A DNA stretch of 64,000 nt, from positions 96,001 to 160,000 of the forward strand of contig CAVWIP010000008.1 in assembly GCA_963755125.1 (NCBI GenBank), given 5' to 3'. The notes under the pieces were generated by a model, which was not told the origin of the DNA, ran no database searches, and saw only the letters and a list, made by a program, of their open reading frames with translations. The stretch comes from an uncultured delta proteobacterium (lineage in GTDB: Bacteria; Myxococcota_A; Polyangia; Fen-1088). Below, piece after piece: positions 1 through 9,470 of the stretch. The translations under genes were made by a program, and so were the position numbers. Position 1 is the stretch's first letter. Each line of letters starts with the position of its first letter.

Positions 1-1
1 C

Positions 2-865
2 CACCTGGTGCCCAAGCAGATCTCCGAGCACGGACTGGATGAGAGGCAGATCAGCTTCGACGAGGAAAGCCTGACCACCATCATCGAGCAGTACACGCGC
101 GAGGCCGGCGTGCGCAATCTGGAGCGCGAGGTGGCCAACGTCATCCGCGGCGTCGCGGTCAAGGTGGCGGAGAACTTGTTCTACCAGCCTAAGCTCGACC
201 CGGCGCAAATCGCCGATTTCCTGGGGCCGCAGAAGTTCTTCTCCGAGGTGGCCGAGCGAACCGAGGTGCCCGGCGTGGCCACTGGCCTGGCCTGGATGCC
301 CACCGGCGGCGACATCCTGTTCATCGAGGCGTCGCAGATGCCGGGCAAGGGTACTCTCATCCTCACCGGCCACCTGGGCGACGTGATGAAGGAATCGGCC
401 CGTGCGGCCCTGTCGTGGGTGCGCACCCATGTCGAGGAGTTCAACCTGAACCCGGATTTCGAGAAGCTGGACGTGCACCTGCACGTGCCGGCCGGAGCCG
501 TGTCAAAGGACGGTCCTTCGGCGGGCGTGGCCATGATCGTCGCGCTGGTGTCGCTGTTCACCGGCCGTCGCGTGCGCGGGGACGTGGCCATGACCGGCGA
601 GATCACCTTGCGCGGCAGCGTGCTGCCGGTGGGTGGAATCAAGGAGAAGGTTCTGGCCGCGCACCGGGCCGGGATCAGGCGAGTGATTCTTCCCGATCGC
701 AACCGCAAGGACATGGTCGACATCCCCGAGAGTGTCCGCAAGGATCTGGAATTGGTCTTCGTCAAGCGCATCCAGGAAGCTCTCGAGCTGACCCTGGAGT
801 CGGTGCCGGTCGTGGTGGCCGGTCCGGATTCCGGATCGCCCGAGGGCACCTCGGCCCGGGCGTAG
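2..865 (+). CDS. lon: ATP-dependent Lon protease, C-terminal part (gene begins before window)
   Basis: YTREAGVRNLERE, PGVATGLAW, HLHVPAGA-KDGPSAG (catalytic Ser), PVGGIKEK (catalytic Lys). Confidence 0.97.
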   Translation, partial: HLVPKQISEHGLDERQISFDEESLTTIIEQYTREAGVRNLEREVANVIRGVAVKVAENLFYQPKLDPAQIADFLGPQKFFSEVAERTEVPGVATGLAWMPTGGDILFIEASQMPGKGTLILTGHLGDVMKESARAALSWVRTHVEEFNLNPDFEKLDVHLHVPAGAVSKDGPSAGVAMIVALVSLFTGRRVRGDVAMTGEITLRGSVLPVGGIKEKVLAAHRAGIRRVILPDRNRKDMVDIPESVRKDLELVFVKRIQEALELTLESVPVVVAGPDSGSPEGTSARA

Positions 866-874
866 AGCGGCGCA

Positions 875-947
875 ATCGCGTGGGAAGCCGGGTGGAGGTG
901 GCGGATGAGGGGCCGAAGGGCGGAGCGAACCCTTTGGGGGTTCCCAT
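875..947 (+). repeat. Palindromic dispersed element, copy 1 (short form), between convergent lon and porin-like genes
   Basis: ATCGCGTGGGAAGCC...GGGGCCGAAGGGCGGAGC-GAACCCT-TTG-GGGGTTC-CCAT; matches copies at 6390, 8252, 38749, 56731. Confidence 0.85.
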
Positions 948-955
948 GCAGATCG

Positions 956-2713
956 TCAGTACAGGTACATCAGGCGGATGCGCCCGCTCCACATTGTGTT
1001 GGCGAGGGAGTTCGGCTCGCCGCTTGGCCAGATGTCTGCGCGGGCATACGCCAGAGACGCCTTCACGAAGAGTTGACTGGCGATGAGGTACTGGACGGCC
1101 CCGAACATCTGCAGCTGTGCCGTGTAGTCGGTATCCGCGTTGGCCACTTTGTGGCTGTAATACTGGGTCGTCCAGTCGACGCCTCCGCCCACCAACAGAT
1201 CTCCGAAACCGGAGCCTCGGCGGCCGAGACGGGCATTGGCAAAACCGCCCACACTGGTCGTCGTGTAGGAACCCGTGTCGACCTGATTCCCGTCTGCGTC
1301 GTGCTGGGTGACGTCGCCCCACGCGATGTTTCCGCCGAATTCGACGTACGGATCGAACACGAACTGGAACGCGCCCCCGACCCCTTTCCGGGTTATCCCG
1401 CTCTTGTCGTCCACCCAGGCCGTACTGCCAGGCGCCTGAATCTGCGTCGAGGCTGTCACACTCTGGTACTCCGCCCCTGCCTTGAGTTTCAGCCACCCTA
1501 GGTCAAGGATAGCGCTGGGACGTCCGCCCCAGACGTTGTTGCCGCCACCAGCGGGGACGCCAGCAGCGCCCGCGGCTCCTGCGCCCGCAACGGCTGCGTC
1601 GTCGGTGCCAATCTGGCCCAGCAGTTCGAAGCGCAGAACGCTGAGCGGGTAGAAATGTAGCGCAGCGTAGCCCAACCCCCTGCCCTGCGGCCGGTCATGC
1701 AAGTAGGTCACTCCGTAGTACTCGGGCGCGGGGAGGAGGCCGGTCACAGTTTGCCGCGCGCCCTCTCGCTCCAAGGTGTATTGGTCGAGGCCCACGCCCG
1801 TGTGATAAATCTCCCATCCCTCAAAACGCCCGACCTTGAGATCCCAGACGCTCCACTGCCCTATGCGCAGCCAAAGGTCATCCGTGCCGACAGTCCCAGC
1901 AGCAGGACAAATTGTCGAGTCGGTCGTCTGACACTCGCTGCCGACCAGTTCGACCTGCGCCTGAATGAAGAACCGGCCGCTGACGTAAGCCGGTGTCAGA
2001 CGCAGAACCGCGCGGCCCTGCTGCAGCAAGCTGACGGTCTTCGGCACAAGCGGGTTCTCGCTCGTGATTCGCTCGTACCCATTGTCGACCCACACCAAAC
2101 CGGAGATACCAACCCCGGTCCTCGTCATGTAGGGAAACTGCAGGCCGTGATAGGACGGTTCGAGCCAAAGCGATCCGCCGTACAGGCCGCGCAGGGTGCC
2201 GGGGTACGCGCTCGGCCCAAGATGCTCGACGTACTGAAGTGGCGGCGGCGGGATCAGGGCGGGCATGGTTTCTTCTTCAGGCGGGGCCGGCGGCTCCGGC
2301 TGGGACGGTGCCGCCGAACTTCCGGCAACGGACGCGGCAGCGGGCGCAGGTGACGCGGCTGCTGGCGCGGCAGCGGGCGCAGGTTCTGGCGCGGGTTTGG
2401 TTTCTGGAGGAGGCGGCAGTGGGGTGGGGATCTGGGTCAGATCGCCCTTGGGTGGAGTCTCCCATGCTTGGCTTGCCGTGGAAGCCGGGGCGGGGACGAC
2501 CGCCGTATCTGCCGTCTTGCTCTTCTTGGCACTAGACGAACTGGGCGCTGCCTTCTTTTTGGCCGCGACCGGCTTGCCCTTCTCCTTCTTGGCCGCTTCC
2601 ACCACGGGGCTGAGCATCAGGGCAACCGCCGGCGCCAAGCACAGGACGAAGGACAACAGAACAGATCGCGGGCGTGTGCATGTCATAGGGATCCCATCCA
2701 ATGCGAAAGCCAT
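956..2713 (-). CDS. Exported outer-membrane beta-barrel/porin-like protein with Lys/Pro/Ala-rich N-terminal linker (start may be ATG 2686)
   Basis: Signal peptide, low-complexity linker, alternating beta-strand pattern, C-terminal aromatic residue (RIRLMYLY). Confidence 0.6.
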   Translation of the reverse strand: MAFALDGIPMTCTRPRSVLLSFVLCLAPAVALMLSPVVEAAKKEKGKPVAAKKKAAPSSSSAKKSKTADTAVVPAPASTASQAWETPPKGDLTQIPTPLPPPPETKPAPEPAPAAAPAAASPAPAAASVAGSSAAPSQPEPPAPPEEETMPALIPPPPLQYVEHLGPSAYPGTLRGLYGGSLWLEPSYHGLQFPYMTRTGVGISGLVWVDNGYERITSENPLVPKTVSLLQQGRAVLRLTPAYVSGRFFIQAQVELVGSECQTTDSTICPAAGTVGTDDLWLRIGQWSVWDLKVGRFEGWEIYHTGVGLDQYTLEREGARQTVTGLLPAPEYYGVTYLHDRPQGRGLGYAALHFYPLSVLRFELLGQIGTDDAAVAGAGAAGAAGVPAGGGNNVWGGRPSAILDLGWLKLKAGAEYQSVTASTQIQAPGSTAWVDDKSGITRKGVGGAFQFVFDPYVEFGGNIAWGDVTQHDADGNQVDTGSYTTTSVGGFANARLGRRGSGFGDLLVGGGVDWTTQYYSHKVANADTDYTAQLQMFGAVQYLIASQLFVKASLAYARADIWPSGEPNSLANTMWSGRIRLMYLY

Positions 2714-2764
2714 GTCTGGGTCAAGAGACTCCGGGGATAATCGCTTGCCGTATCGGGCTCGGGG

Positions 2765-4915
2765 TCAGCGCTGCCGGGCGATGGCTATGGCAAGCACGGG
2801 CGGGACAGCCAGCAACGCGACCAGCACGCAGGCCGCGTCGAGGCCGAAGCCGGGAAGCGCAATCGCAGCGATGACCGGCGCGGCCAAGGCCGCACCCAAC
2901 AGGTCCACGACGTAGATTGCCGCCGGTGTGGCACCCGCGACCAAGGCCGTGCGAAAGGCGATCCCTACGGCTGCGCCGGCCACCAGCGAAGCCACCAGCA
3001 GGACGGCCATCATCACGCCTGCCGGTGCCTGCGTCGAAATGCGGGAGAGCAGAGGCAGAAGCACCGGGACCACGAGGCCCAGGCAGAGCGCGCCCCACAG
3101 CCGAATCTTTGGGAACTCGCCAGCTCCCCAGGCAACAAGCGCCAACCCGGCCATGTTGGCGGCCAGGAGCGCGCCCAGCAGGTGATGCAAGACTCCCAGG
3201 GCAGACTGCGTGACGGCAAGAATCAGCACGGCCGAGGCCATGCTGGCAAAGCCCACCACGGACACGACCAGAAGAACTGGCACATGGGCTTTCCGACCGC
3301 GCGCAGCGAGGACAGCCAGCAGCACGAGCAGAACGGCCAGCCCCAGCTCCAGCGGCCAGAACCCAAGGCCAAGAGCCCGACGCAACAGCGCGGCGACGCG
3401 CCCGGGATCGGCACGACCAGAAACCAGCAGGTTGTGCAGGTACGCGGTGGGAAGACGATCGCTGCTTGCCGCGACCGCCACACCTCTGTACCGATTGGAG
3501 AGGGACTGCAGGCGTTCCTCGGGCATGAGCACGGCCAGGGAATACTCGTCCACGAAGGTGGCCGTTACCTTCCGTCGATCGAGGCGTCGCCCCAGCTCCT
3601 CGGGATCGCTGCTCAGAGGCGAATCGCTGGCCAAAAAGTAGTTGGTCGACAGCGGCGTCACCATGACGTGCTCGAACACGGAGCCCAGCGCCTTGTACAC
3701 CGCACCGTTGCGCGCGACCAGTTCCGGACTGTAGTAGTTCTCGGCACCAGGCAGGGCAAAGGCCAGCACGCCTCCGGGCCGCAACGCACGCCGGGCCTCG
3801 GCAAAGCTCTCCCTGGTGAGCAGACGACTGGCGAGCAGGGTCGACGGCTCGGCGGTGCTCAAGATCACGACATCCCAGTTCCCTGCTCCTCGCCGCAGAA
3901 GATTGCGCACATCGCCCGTGAGCCTGTGCACGCGGGGATCGCTCAGTGCCTGGCGCGTGGCAAGGTCAGCGGCCTTTATCTCGATCTCGGCCAAACTCAC
4001 CTCGGGCTCGGCCAGGGCCACCTCGACCACTGGATACTTGAGAATCTCGGGCAGAAGTCCGCCCAGCCCTCTCGCGACGAAGATCCACCGCGGCTCGCTC
4101 ACCTGCAGCAGGGCCAGGTGCGCCAGCTCATCGGAAGATTGGGGTTCGGGCAGCACCAGGGCCAGATGGCCGTCCTCGTACAGGGCGCGCTGCCCGGCCC
4201 GACGAAGCACGGCCACATGACCGTGGCGGGTGTATGCGCTTGCCTCGATGGTTTCCCCTGGCCAACGCCATGCCAGGCTGCGCGCCTCGATGGCGCCCAA
4301 CCCTCGCTGGCCCAGAACAGCGACGACGGCGAGCCCGACCACTGCGAGCATCCATACACGTCCGAGCAGCAAAGCCGCGGCCAGCACGACACCGATGCTC
4401 AGCCCTGCCGCAACCGCAAAGGGCTGCCAGGTTTCCACCAGCCAGGTCGCTGTCACGCCACCGGCAAGCCAGCCCGCTGCCTCGGCCAGGTAGGCGCGCG
4501 CCGGGGCCACGCCGGGCAGTCGGCAGGCCAAGGTGAAGCTGGCCCCACCCACCAGGCAGACCGGCGCCAGGGTCAGCAGCAGCCCGAGCACATGCTGATC
4601 GAGGGTGAGCAGCGCGCCCGGCGCCAGCGAAAAAATGCGCGGCAAGCCTCGCGCGGTCAGCAGCGCAGCGAAGAGCGCCGGGCCCAGCAAGAGTGCGCCG
4701 GCCACGAGAAACCAACGGGAAAGGCGGCTGGGAAGCAGCCCGGCCGCCGCACTGCCGGCCGCGGTCAGTACCAGCCATTGGCCCAAGGCCAGAGCGATGG
4801 CCAGTTCGTTGCCCTGTGAGGCTGCAAGCGCCTCGCGCAGCAATGTGGTCTGGCTGGTCGCGATGACCCAGCCAAGCAACGCGACGCTGGCGAGGGGTGA
4901 AACCCGGAAAAACAT
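2765..4915 (-). CDS. Membrane-fused spermidine-synthase-like (aminopropyltransferase-fold) protein
   Basis: About 7 N-terminal and about 6 C-terminal TM helices flank a SpeE-like domain (LAHLALL..EP, DPRV, GDVR, LRPGGVL). Confidence 0.8.
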   Translation of the reverse strand: MFFRVSPLASVALLGWVIATSQTTLLREALAASQGNELAIALALGQWLVLTAAGSAAAGLLPSRLSRWFLVAGALLLGPALFAALLTARGLPRIFSLAPGALLTLDQHVLGLLLTLAPVCLVGGASFTLACRLPGVAPARAYLAEAAGWLAGGVTATWLVETWQPFAVAAGLSIGVVLAAALLLGRVWMLAVVGLAVVAVLGQRGLGAIEARSLAWRWPGETIEASAYTRHGHVAVLRRAGQRALYEDGHLALVLPEPQSSDELAHLALLQVSEPRWIFVARGLGGLLPEILKYPVVEVALAEPEVSLAEIEIKAADLATRQALSDPRVHRLTGDVRNLLRRGAGNWDVVILSTAEPSTLLASRLLTRESFAEARRALRPGGVLAFALPGAENYYSPELVARNGAVYKALGSVFEHVMVTPLSTNYFLASDSPLSSDPEELGRRLDRRKVTATFVDEYSLAVLMPEERLQSLSNRYRGVAVAASSDRLPTAYLHNLLVSGRADPGRVAALLRRALGLGFWPLELGLAVLLVLLAVLAARGRKAHVPVLLVVSVVGFASMASAVLILAVTQSALGVLHHLLGALLAANMAGLALVAWGAGEFPKIRLWGALCLGLVVPVLLPLLSRISTQAPAGVMMAVLLVASLVAGAAVGIAFRTALVAGATPAAIYVVDLLGAALAAPVIAAIALPGFGLDAACVLVALLAVPPVLAIAIARQR

Positions 4916-4992
4916 GGCGTTTGGACGCCTGAAACTTACCCGCAATCCGATTCTGGCGCTTGCGGCCGTAGATGATAAACAAGAGTCTCACA

Positions 4993-5412
4993 ATGTCTCG
5001 CCGCAGTTCACTCCTTCCATTGCTCCTGGTTCCGCCGCTGCTGGCACTTCTGGCCAGCCCGATCCTGCGACATCAAGCCTGGGCGGAAACCGCAGGAACG
5101 CCCCTTGCGCGCCCGGCGGGCTACAGGCCGGAGAAGAAACTGGTGCGCATGTGGAATTCCAAGTGCGCGACTTGCCACGGCGAGGACGGCCGCGCCCGCA
5201 CAGAGCAGGGCGAGGGAATGGGCATCGACGACATGACCAAGGCCGCCTACTGGAAAGATGTGACGGTCGAGCGCGCCCGCAAGTCGGTCCTCGAAGGCAT
5301 CAAACGCACTGTCAACGGGAAAGAGCAAGAGATGAAGCCGTTTGGCGATCGCCTGACGCCGCAGCAGGTCGACGCCCTCAACCTTTACGCGGTTTCATTC
5401 TTCAAGAAGTAG
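4993..5412 (+). CDS. Exported mono-heme cytochrome c
   Basis: Signal peptide, CATCH heme motif, distal Met (EMKPF). Confidence 0.9.
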   Translation: MSRRSSLLPLLLVPPLLALLASPILRHQAWAETAGTPLARPAGYRPEKKLVRMWNSKCATCHGEDGRARTEQGEGMGIDDMTKAAYWKDVTVERARKSVLEGIKRTVNGKEQEMKPFGDRLTPQQVDALNLYAVSFFKK

Positions 5413-5472
5413 CCCACAAGCCTGGTCGATCCCTGTAGAATTAAAGGATTAGGAGGCCGCGTCCAAGCAACC

Positions 5473-5997
5473 ATGTCGACCCCAGGGGTAGGCGAGGATA
5501 TCGAGGACATCTGCACCCGCTGCGGCGACACCTGGCACGTGGTGATGGCCAAGGTGGGCGATCGCGTGGCCAAGGTGGTGTGCAAACTCTGCGGCGGCCA
5601 GCATAACTATCGTGGCGACCAGGCAGCGGCCGCGCCGGCTAGCAGCGGGGCGAGCAGTTCCTGGGGCCGCTCTCGAAAACGGCGCATCACAAGGTCGAAC
5701 CCAATCACGCCAGCGTCGACAGTGGTCTTTGACCCCAGCAAACCGCCTCGGGCCTATTCACCCAAGGAAGGCTTTCTACCTGGCGAGCGCGTGACCCACG
5801 CGACCTTCGGTATCGGCGTGGTCAGCGGCGTGCCCGGCCCGGGCAAGGTCGAGATTCATTTTCCCGGCGGTCTGCGCACCCTGGCCTGCGCCAAGGCGGT
5901 GTCAACCCTGGAGCGGCCGGTGGCGGCGATGGACGTGGCCTTGCCCGATCGCCCGCCTCTTCCCAAGCCACGCTCGGGTAATGGCACCGGCGCCTAG
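5473..5997 (+). CDS. Zn-ribbon protein with C-terminal Tudor-like (PcrA/UvrD C-terminus-like) domain
   Basis: CTRC...CKLC; GERVTHATFGIGVV...VEIHF. Confidence 0.7.
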   Translation: MSTPGVGEDIEDICTRCGDTWHVVMAKVGDRVAKVVCKLCGGQHNYRGDQAAAAPASSGASSSWGRSRKRRITRSNPITPASTVVFDPSKPPRAYSPKEGFLPGERVTHATFGIGVVSGVPGPGKVEIHFPGGLRTLACAKAVSTLERPVAAMDVALPDRPPLPKPRSGNGTGA

Positions 5998-6017
5998 CGC
6001 TCCCAAAGGGCGTCACC

Positions 6018-7505
6018 TTGCCCTCGGCCCCGCCCCTCCAGCCAGGCGTCAGCGTTGTGGTGACAGTCGATGGGCTCGACCCCGACGGCGCAGGCGTGGC
6101 CGATGTGCCAACCAAAATAAGCCTGTTTCGCCTGCACGTGGCCGGCGCTCTGCCCGGCGAGCGCGTGCGGGCGCGCGTGGCGCATGTGTCGCCTCACGCG
6201 CGCGAGCAAGGCCAGGACGCGTGGGCCGATCTTGAGGAAGTCGCGAGTCCCTCGCCCGAGCGGGTGGCGCCGCCCTGCCCGGCCCACCAGCGCTGCGGCG
6301 CCTGCCCGCTCGCCATCTGGGCCTATCCCGCGCATCTGGAATGGAAACGCGGGTTGGTGGCCGCCGCACTGGCGACGCAGAAGGAACTGTCGCGTGGGGA
6401 GCCCGCCGGCTGTGCCGGCGGCGCACCATCGCGGGAAGGCATGGGAACCCTCCCAGGGTTCCCATATCAATGGGTCGACGTGCCGGTGGCGGCCTGCGTG
6501 CCGTCTCCACGCCCATTCGGCTATCGCGGCAACGCCAAGTGTGTCTTTGGACACGACCGCGACGGCAGACTGGTGCTGGGCGCCTACGCCCCGCGATCGC
6601 ATGAGATCGTGGACATGTCTGGCTGCCCCATCGCCGAGCCGGCGCTGGCCGAGATCGCGGCGGGGCTGCTGGCCCTTCTGACCAAGCACGGGGTGGCGCC
6701 TTTCGATGAAATCCGTCGCACGGGACTTCTGCGCTACGCGATCTTGCGCGCCAATGCCGACGGCAAGGTGCTGGTCGCGCTGGTCACTGGCCGCAAGAAC
6801 TGGCCCGGGGCGGAGGCTCTTGCGCGTGAGCTGGCAGCCACCTGTTCGGCCGTGCTGGGCGTGGTCCACAACATCAACAGTGCGAGCGGGAACACCCTCT
6901 TGGGCGAATCCGAGCGCACCTTGTTCGGCTCTGCCACCATCGAAGACACCATCGGCTCGGCGCGAGTGCGCCTGGGGCCGCGCTCGTTTGCTCAGGCCAA
7001 TCGTTTGGTGGCAGGCCGCGTCTACCAAGACATCGTGGACGCTGCCGCGCGCCTGGGATCGATCGATCGTGTGGTCGACGCCTACGCCGGCGCTGGCGGC
7101 ATTGCCTTGGCGCTGGAACCGCTGGCGCGCGAACTGGTGGCCATCGAGGAGAATTCAGCGGCCTGCGCGACGGCACAGGCTTTTCTCGCGGAACGCGGGC
7201 CGGGTGATCCCGGGGCACGCGTTCGCTTCGTGACCGGCGACGTGGCGGACCGTCTCGGGCACGTGGGCAAGGCGGATCTGGTGGTGCTCAATCCGCCGCG
7301 CAAGGGCTGTGCCCCGGTGGTTCTGGCCGCCGTGGCGCAGATGCACCCGCGGCTGGTTGCCTACCTGAGCTGCAACCCCGCTTCCCTGGCGCGCGATCTG
7401 GCAGCCCTGGTGCGCCTGGGTCTGCGCACCCTCAGCGTCACTCCGTACGACATGCTGGCACAGACTCCCCATGTCGAGGCTCTGGCCCTGGTCGTGAGCG
7501 GATAG
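6018..7505 (+). CDS. rlmD: 23S rRNA m5U methyltransferase (RlmD/TrmA family), carrying an in-frame repeat insertion
   Basis: TRAM-like GALPGERV, Fe-S motif PPCPAHQRCGAC, SFAQAN, DAYAGAG, LNPPRKG, YLSCNPASLARD, TPHVE. Confidence 0.9.
   Translation: MPSAPPLQPGVSVVVTVDGLDPDGAGVADVPTKISLFRLHVAGALPGERVRARVAHVSPHAREQGQDAWADLEEVASPSPERVAPPCPAHQRCGACPLAIWAYPAHLEWKRGLVAAALATQKELSRGEPAGCAGGAPSREGMGTLPGFPYQWVDVPVAACVPSPRPFGYRGNAKCVFGHDRDGRLVLGAYAPRSHEIVDMSGCPIAEPALAEIAAGLLALLTKHGVAPFDEIRRTGLLRYAILRANADGKVLVALVTGRKNWPGAEALARELAATCSAVLGVVHNINSASGNTLLGESERTLFGSATIEDTIGSARVRLGPRSFAQANRLVAGRVYQDIVDAAARLGSIDRVVDAYAGAGGIALALEPLARELVAIEENSAACATAQAFLAERGPGDPGARVRFVTGDVADRLGHVGKADLVVLNPPRKGCAPVVLAAVAQMHPRLVAYLSCNPASLARDLAALVRLGLRTLSVTPYDMLAQTPHVEALALVVSG
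6390..6465 (+). repeat. Palindromic dispersed element, copy 2, inside rlmD
   Basis: TCGCGTGGGGAGCC-CGCCGGC-TGT-GCCGGCG-GCGCACCATCGCGGGAAGGC-ATGGGAACCCT-CCC-AGGGTTCCCAT. Confidence 0.9.
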
Positions 7506-8232
7506 TCAGGATCAGCACGCCCACCACGAGGAGTGCGGCCGCACCATACTGGCCGGGGGTGAAATGGAAGTAGCGCACGTCCCCAAAACGCAGGAAATCG
7601 AGCAAAAAGCGCACCGGCGCGTACAGCACAGCCAGCAAGCCGAAGAAGAAACCCGGTGCGCGGGCACGCCGACGGCCTAGCCAAAGAAAGAGCAGCGCAA
7701 CCGGCAGGGTGTAGAGCGCCTCGTCCAGCCCCAAATTGTGGCGGACGACGCCGTCGCTGTAGCGCTCGGCCAGGAAGAAGCTGGTGGCCGAGCCGGGATG
7801 GTCGAAGGCGAGAAAGCAACCCGTGCGACCGAAGAACCATGAGGTGGGGAATGCGCAGGCGACCAGATCCAGGTACGGCCACTTCTGCAACCCCAGGCGT
7901 TCGCGGCACACGAAGAACGCGGCAGCCACGATCGCGCCCAAGAACCCGCCGAAGGAACTCAGGCCTTCCCAGAAGCGCAGCAGGCTCCAGGGGTTCGCCA
8001 GGGTATCGGCCGGAAAGTAGACCAATCGATCGATGAGGTGCGCGCTGGCGAAGCCGCCGAGCAGGATCCAAATGGTCAGCCGTTCGGCGGTAATCGGATC
8101 CAGGCCCCAGACTGCGGCTCGATGCCGAATCAGGCGCATCCCGATCAGGATGCCCGCCGCCACCAGCACGCCGAATGCGTGAAGACTGATGGGGCCGAGC
8201 GAGAGGCTGGGCTGTTCAAAATACGGAATCAT
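7438..8232 (-). CDS. lgt: Prolipoprotein diacylglyceryl transferase
   Basis: GLSSFGGFLG, FGRTGCFLAFDHPG, RHNLGLDEAL, RFLLDFLR; multiple TM helices. Confidence 0.92.
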   Translation of the reverse strand: MIPYFEQPSLSLGPISLHAFGVLVAAGILIGMRLIRHRAAVWGLDPITAERLTIWILLGGFASAHLIDRLVYFPADTLANPWSLLRFWEGLSSFGGFLGAIVAAAFFVCRERLGLQKWPYLDLVACAFPTSWFFGRTGCFLAFDHPGSATSFFLAERYSDGVVRHNLGLDEALYTLPVALLFLWLGRRRARAPGFFFGLLAVLYAPVRFLLDFLRFGDVRYFHFTPGQYGAAALLVVGVLILTIRSRPGPEPRHGESVPACRTE

Positions 8233-8891
8233 GGTTTTCCCGCGTTCACTTTCGCGTGGGGAGCCGGCGAGCTTTGCTCGCCGCGTACCATCGCGGGAGG
8301 GTTGGCGAGGCCGAGCGAAGCGAGCGGGGTGGTGGTGGCGGGTGGGGGGCCGAAGGGCGGAGCGGACCCTCCCAGGGTCCCCATTACAAAGTATCTACGC
8401 GTCCATTCCGCCATGGCGATGCCGGCAGCCACGGTGACCGGGAACGAGTTGTTGATGCCATACATGGGGATGGCCACGATGTCATCGACCTGGGCGAGCA
8501 GTTCCTCTGACACGCCGCTGGTTTCGCTGCCAAACACCATCACGCACGCCTCGGGCAATTCCGCGCGCCACAGGTCCACGCGCGCGTGCTCGCGCTCGAA
8601 GGCGACCAGGGGCAGCTTGCGCTCGCGCGCCCACGCCACCAGCGCCTGCTCGTCGGGAAGCTTGACCAAATTCTCGTAGCGCTGCATGCCCATGGCTGCG
8701 CGCTCGTAGTAGGGCTCGTCTCCCACCAGCAAGATTTCCTGCACCAGAAACGAGTGGGCCACCCGGATGATGGCGCCCACATTGAAGGGATTGCGAAAAC
8801 GCAGGATGGCGATGCGCAGAGGACGGCGCAGGGTCTCCAGACTGGCCCTCACCTCGTCAAGCGGAAGCTCGAATCCAGGGACTTTGGCCAC
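8229..8891 (-). CDS. SpoU/TrmH-family RNA methyltransferase with repeat-derived C-terminal tail (alternative start 8918)
   Basis: NPFNVGAIIR, VFGSETSGVS, IPMYGINNSFPV. Confidence 0.9.
   Translation of the reverse strand: MAKVPGFELPLDEVRASLETLRRPLRIAILRFRNPFNVGAIIRVAHSFLVQEILLVGDEPYYERAAMGMQRYENLVKLPDEQALVAWARERKLPLVAFEREHARVDLWRAELPEACVMVFGSETSGVSEELLAQVDDIVAIPMYGINNSFPVTVAAGIAMAEWTRRYFVMGTLGGSAPPFGPPPATTTPLASLGLANPPAMVRGEQSSPAPHAKVNAGKP
8252..8384 (+). repeat. Palindromic dispersed element, copy 3 (long form), inside 3' end of the trmH-like ORF
   Basis: TCGCGTGGGGAGCC-GGCGAGC-TTT-GCTCGCC...GGACCCT-CCC-AGGGTCC-CCAT. Confidence 0.9.
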
Positions 8892-8948
8892 GGTGGCGCA
8901 AGGGTAGCACCACCGCATGCCATTCGCCTGGCAGTGCCGGCGCTCCCT

Positions 8949-9470
8949 CTACCGCGGCACCTGCACTTTGATGGTGGGAACGTTCCTGGGAACGCGCATT
9001 CTCCCAGGACCCCAGATGAAAGCCGCGGCGATGGCCAGCGCCATCGCGGCCAGGACGATGACCCAGAACCACTTCGATCGAGTGATGGGCTCGACCGCCT
9101 GCCGCTTCTGCACCATCAGGCCCAGCGTCGCCTTGGTCAGAATCTCGGCCTGCATCTTGCTGGCCATGGCATCGCCGGGAAAGCGGTCCAGCCGATCGCG
9201 ATAGCAACGCCCGGCCGCAGGCAGCAGGTTGGATTGCAGACAGTACTTCGCGAACTCCTCGTGGCGGCTTTCGTCCTGCCAGCGGGCTTCCACCTGCTGC
9301 CACAGCTCTTGCCCCTGCGGCGTCAGATGCGCGCGGGGGTCAGCCAGGCTGGGTCTCCACAGCGCAAACCGGAGGCCGCAACGCGGGCAGGCCGTGGCGT
9401 CGCTGGCGCGCTTGTGCCCGCACTTGGGACAGGTTCCCTTGCCGCTGCTGCTGGTATCGCTCTCGCTCAT
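8949..9470 (-). CDS. Zn-ribbon membrane-anchored hypothetical protein
   Basis: CPKC...CPRC; C-terminal TM helix; ATGA overlap with upstream gene. Confidence 0.75.
   Translation of the reverse strand: MSESDTSSSGKGTCPKCGHKRASDATACPRCGLRFALWRPSLADPRAHLTPQGQELWQQVEARWQDESRHEEFAKYCLQSNLLPAAGRCYRDRLDRFPGDAMASKMQAEILTKATLGLMVQKRQAVEPITRSKWFWVIVLAAMALAIAAAFIWGPGRMRVPRNVPTIKVQVPR

Noticed and set aside
7438..7505. 68-bp convergent overlap of rlmD and lgt 3' ends
   Set aside because: Short 3' overlaps are common in high-GC genomes; nothing suggests function
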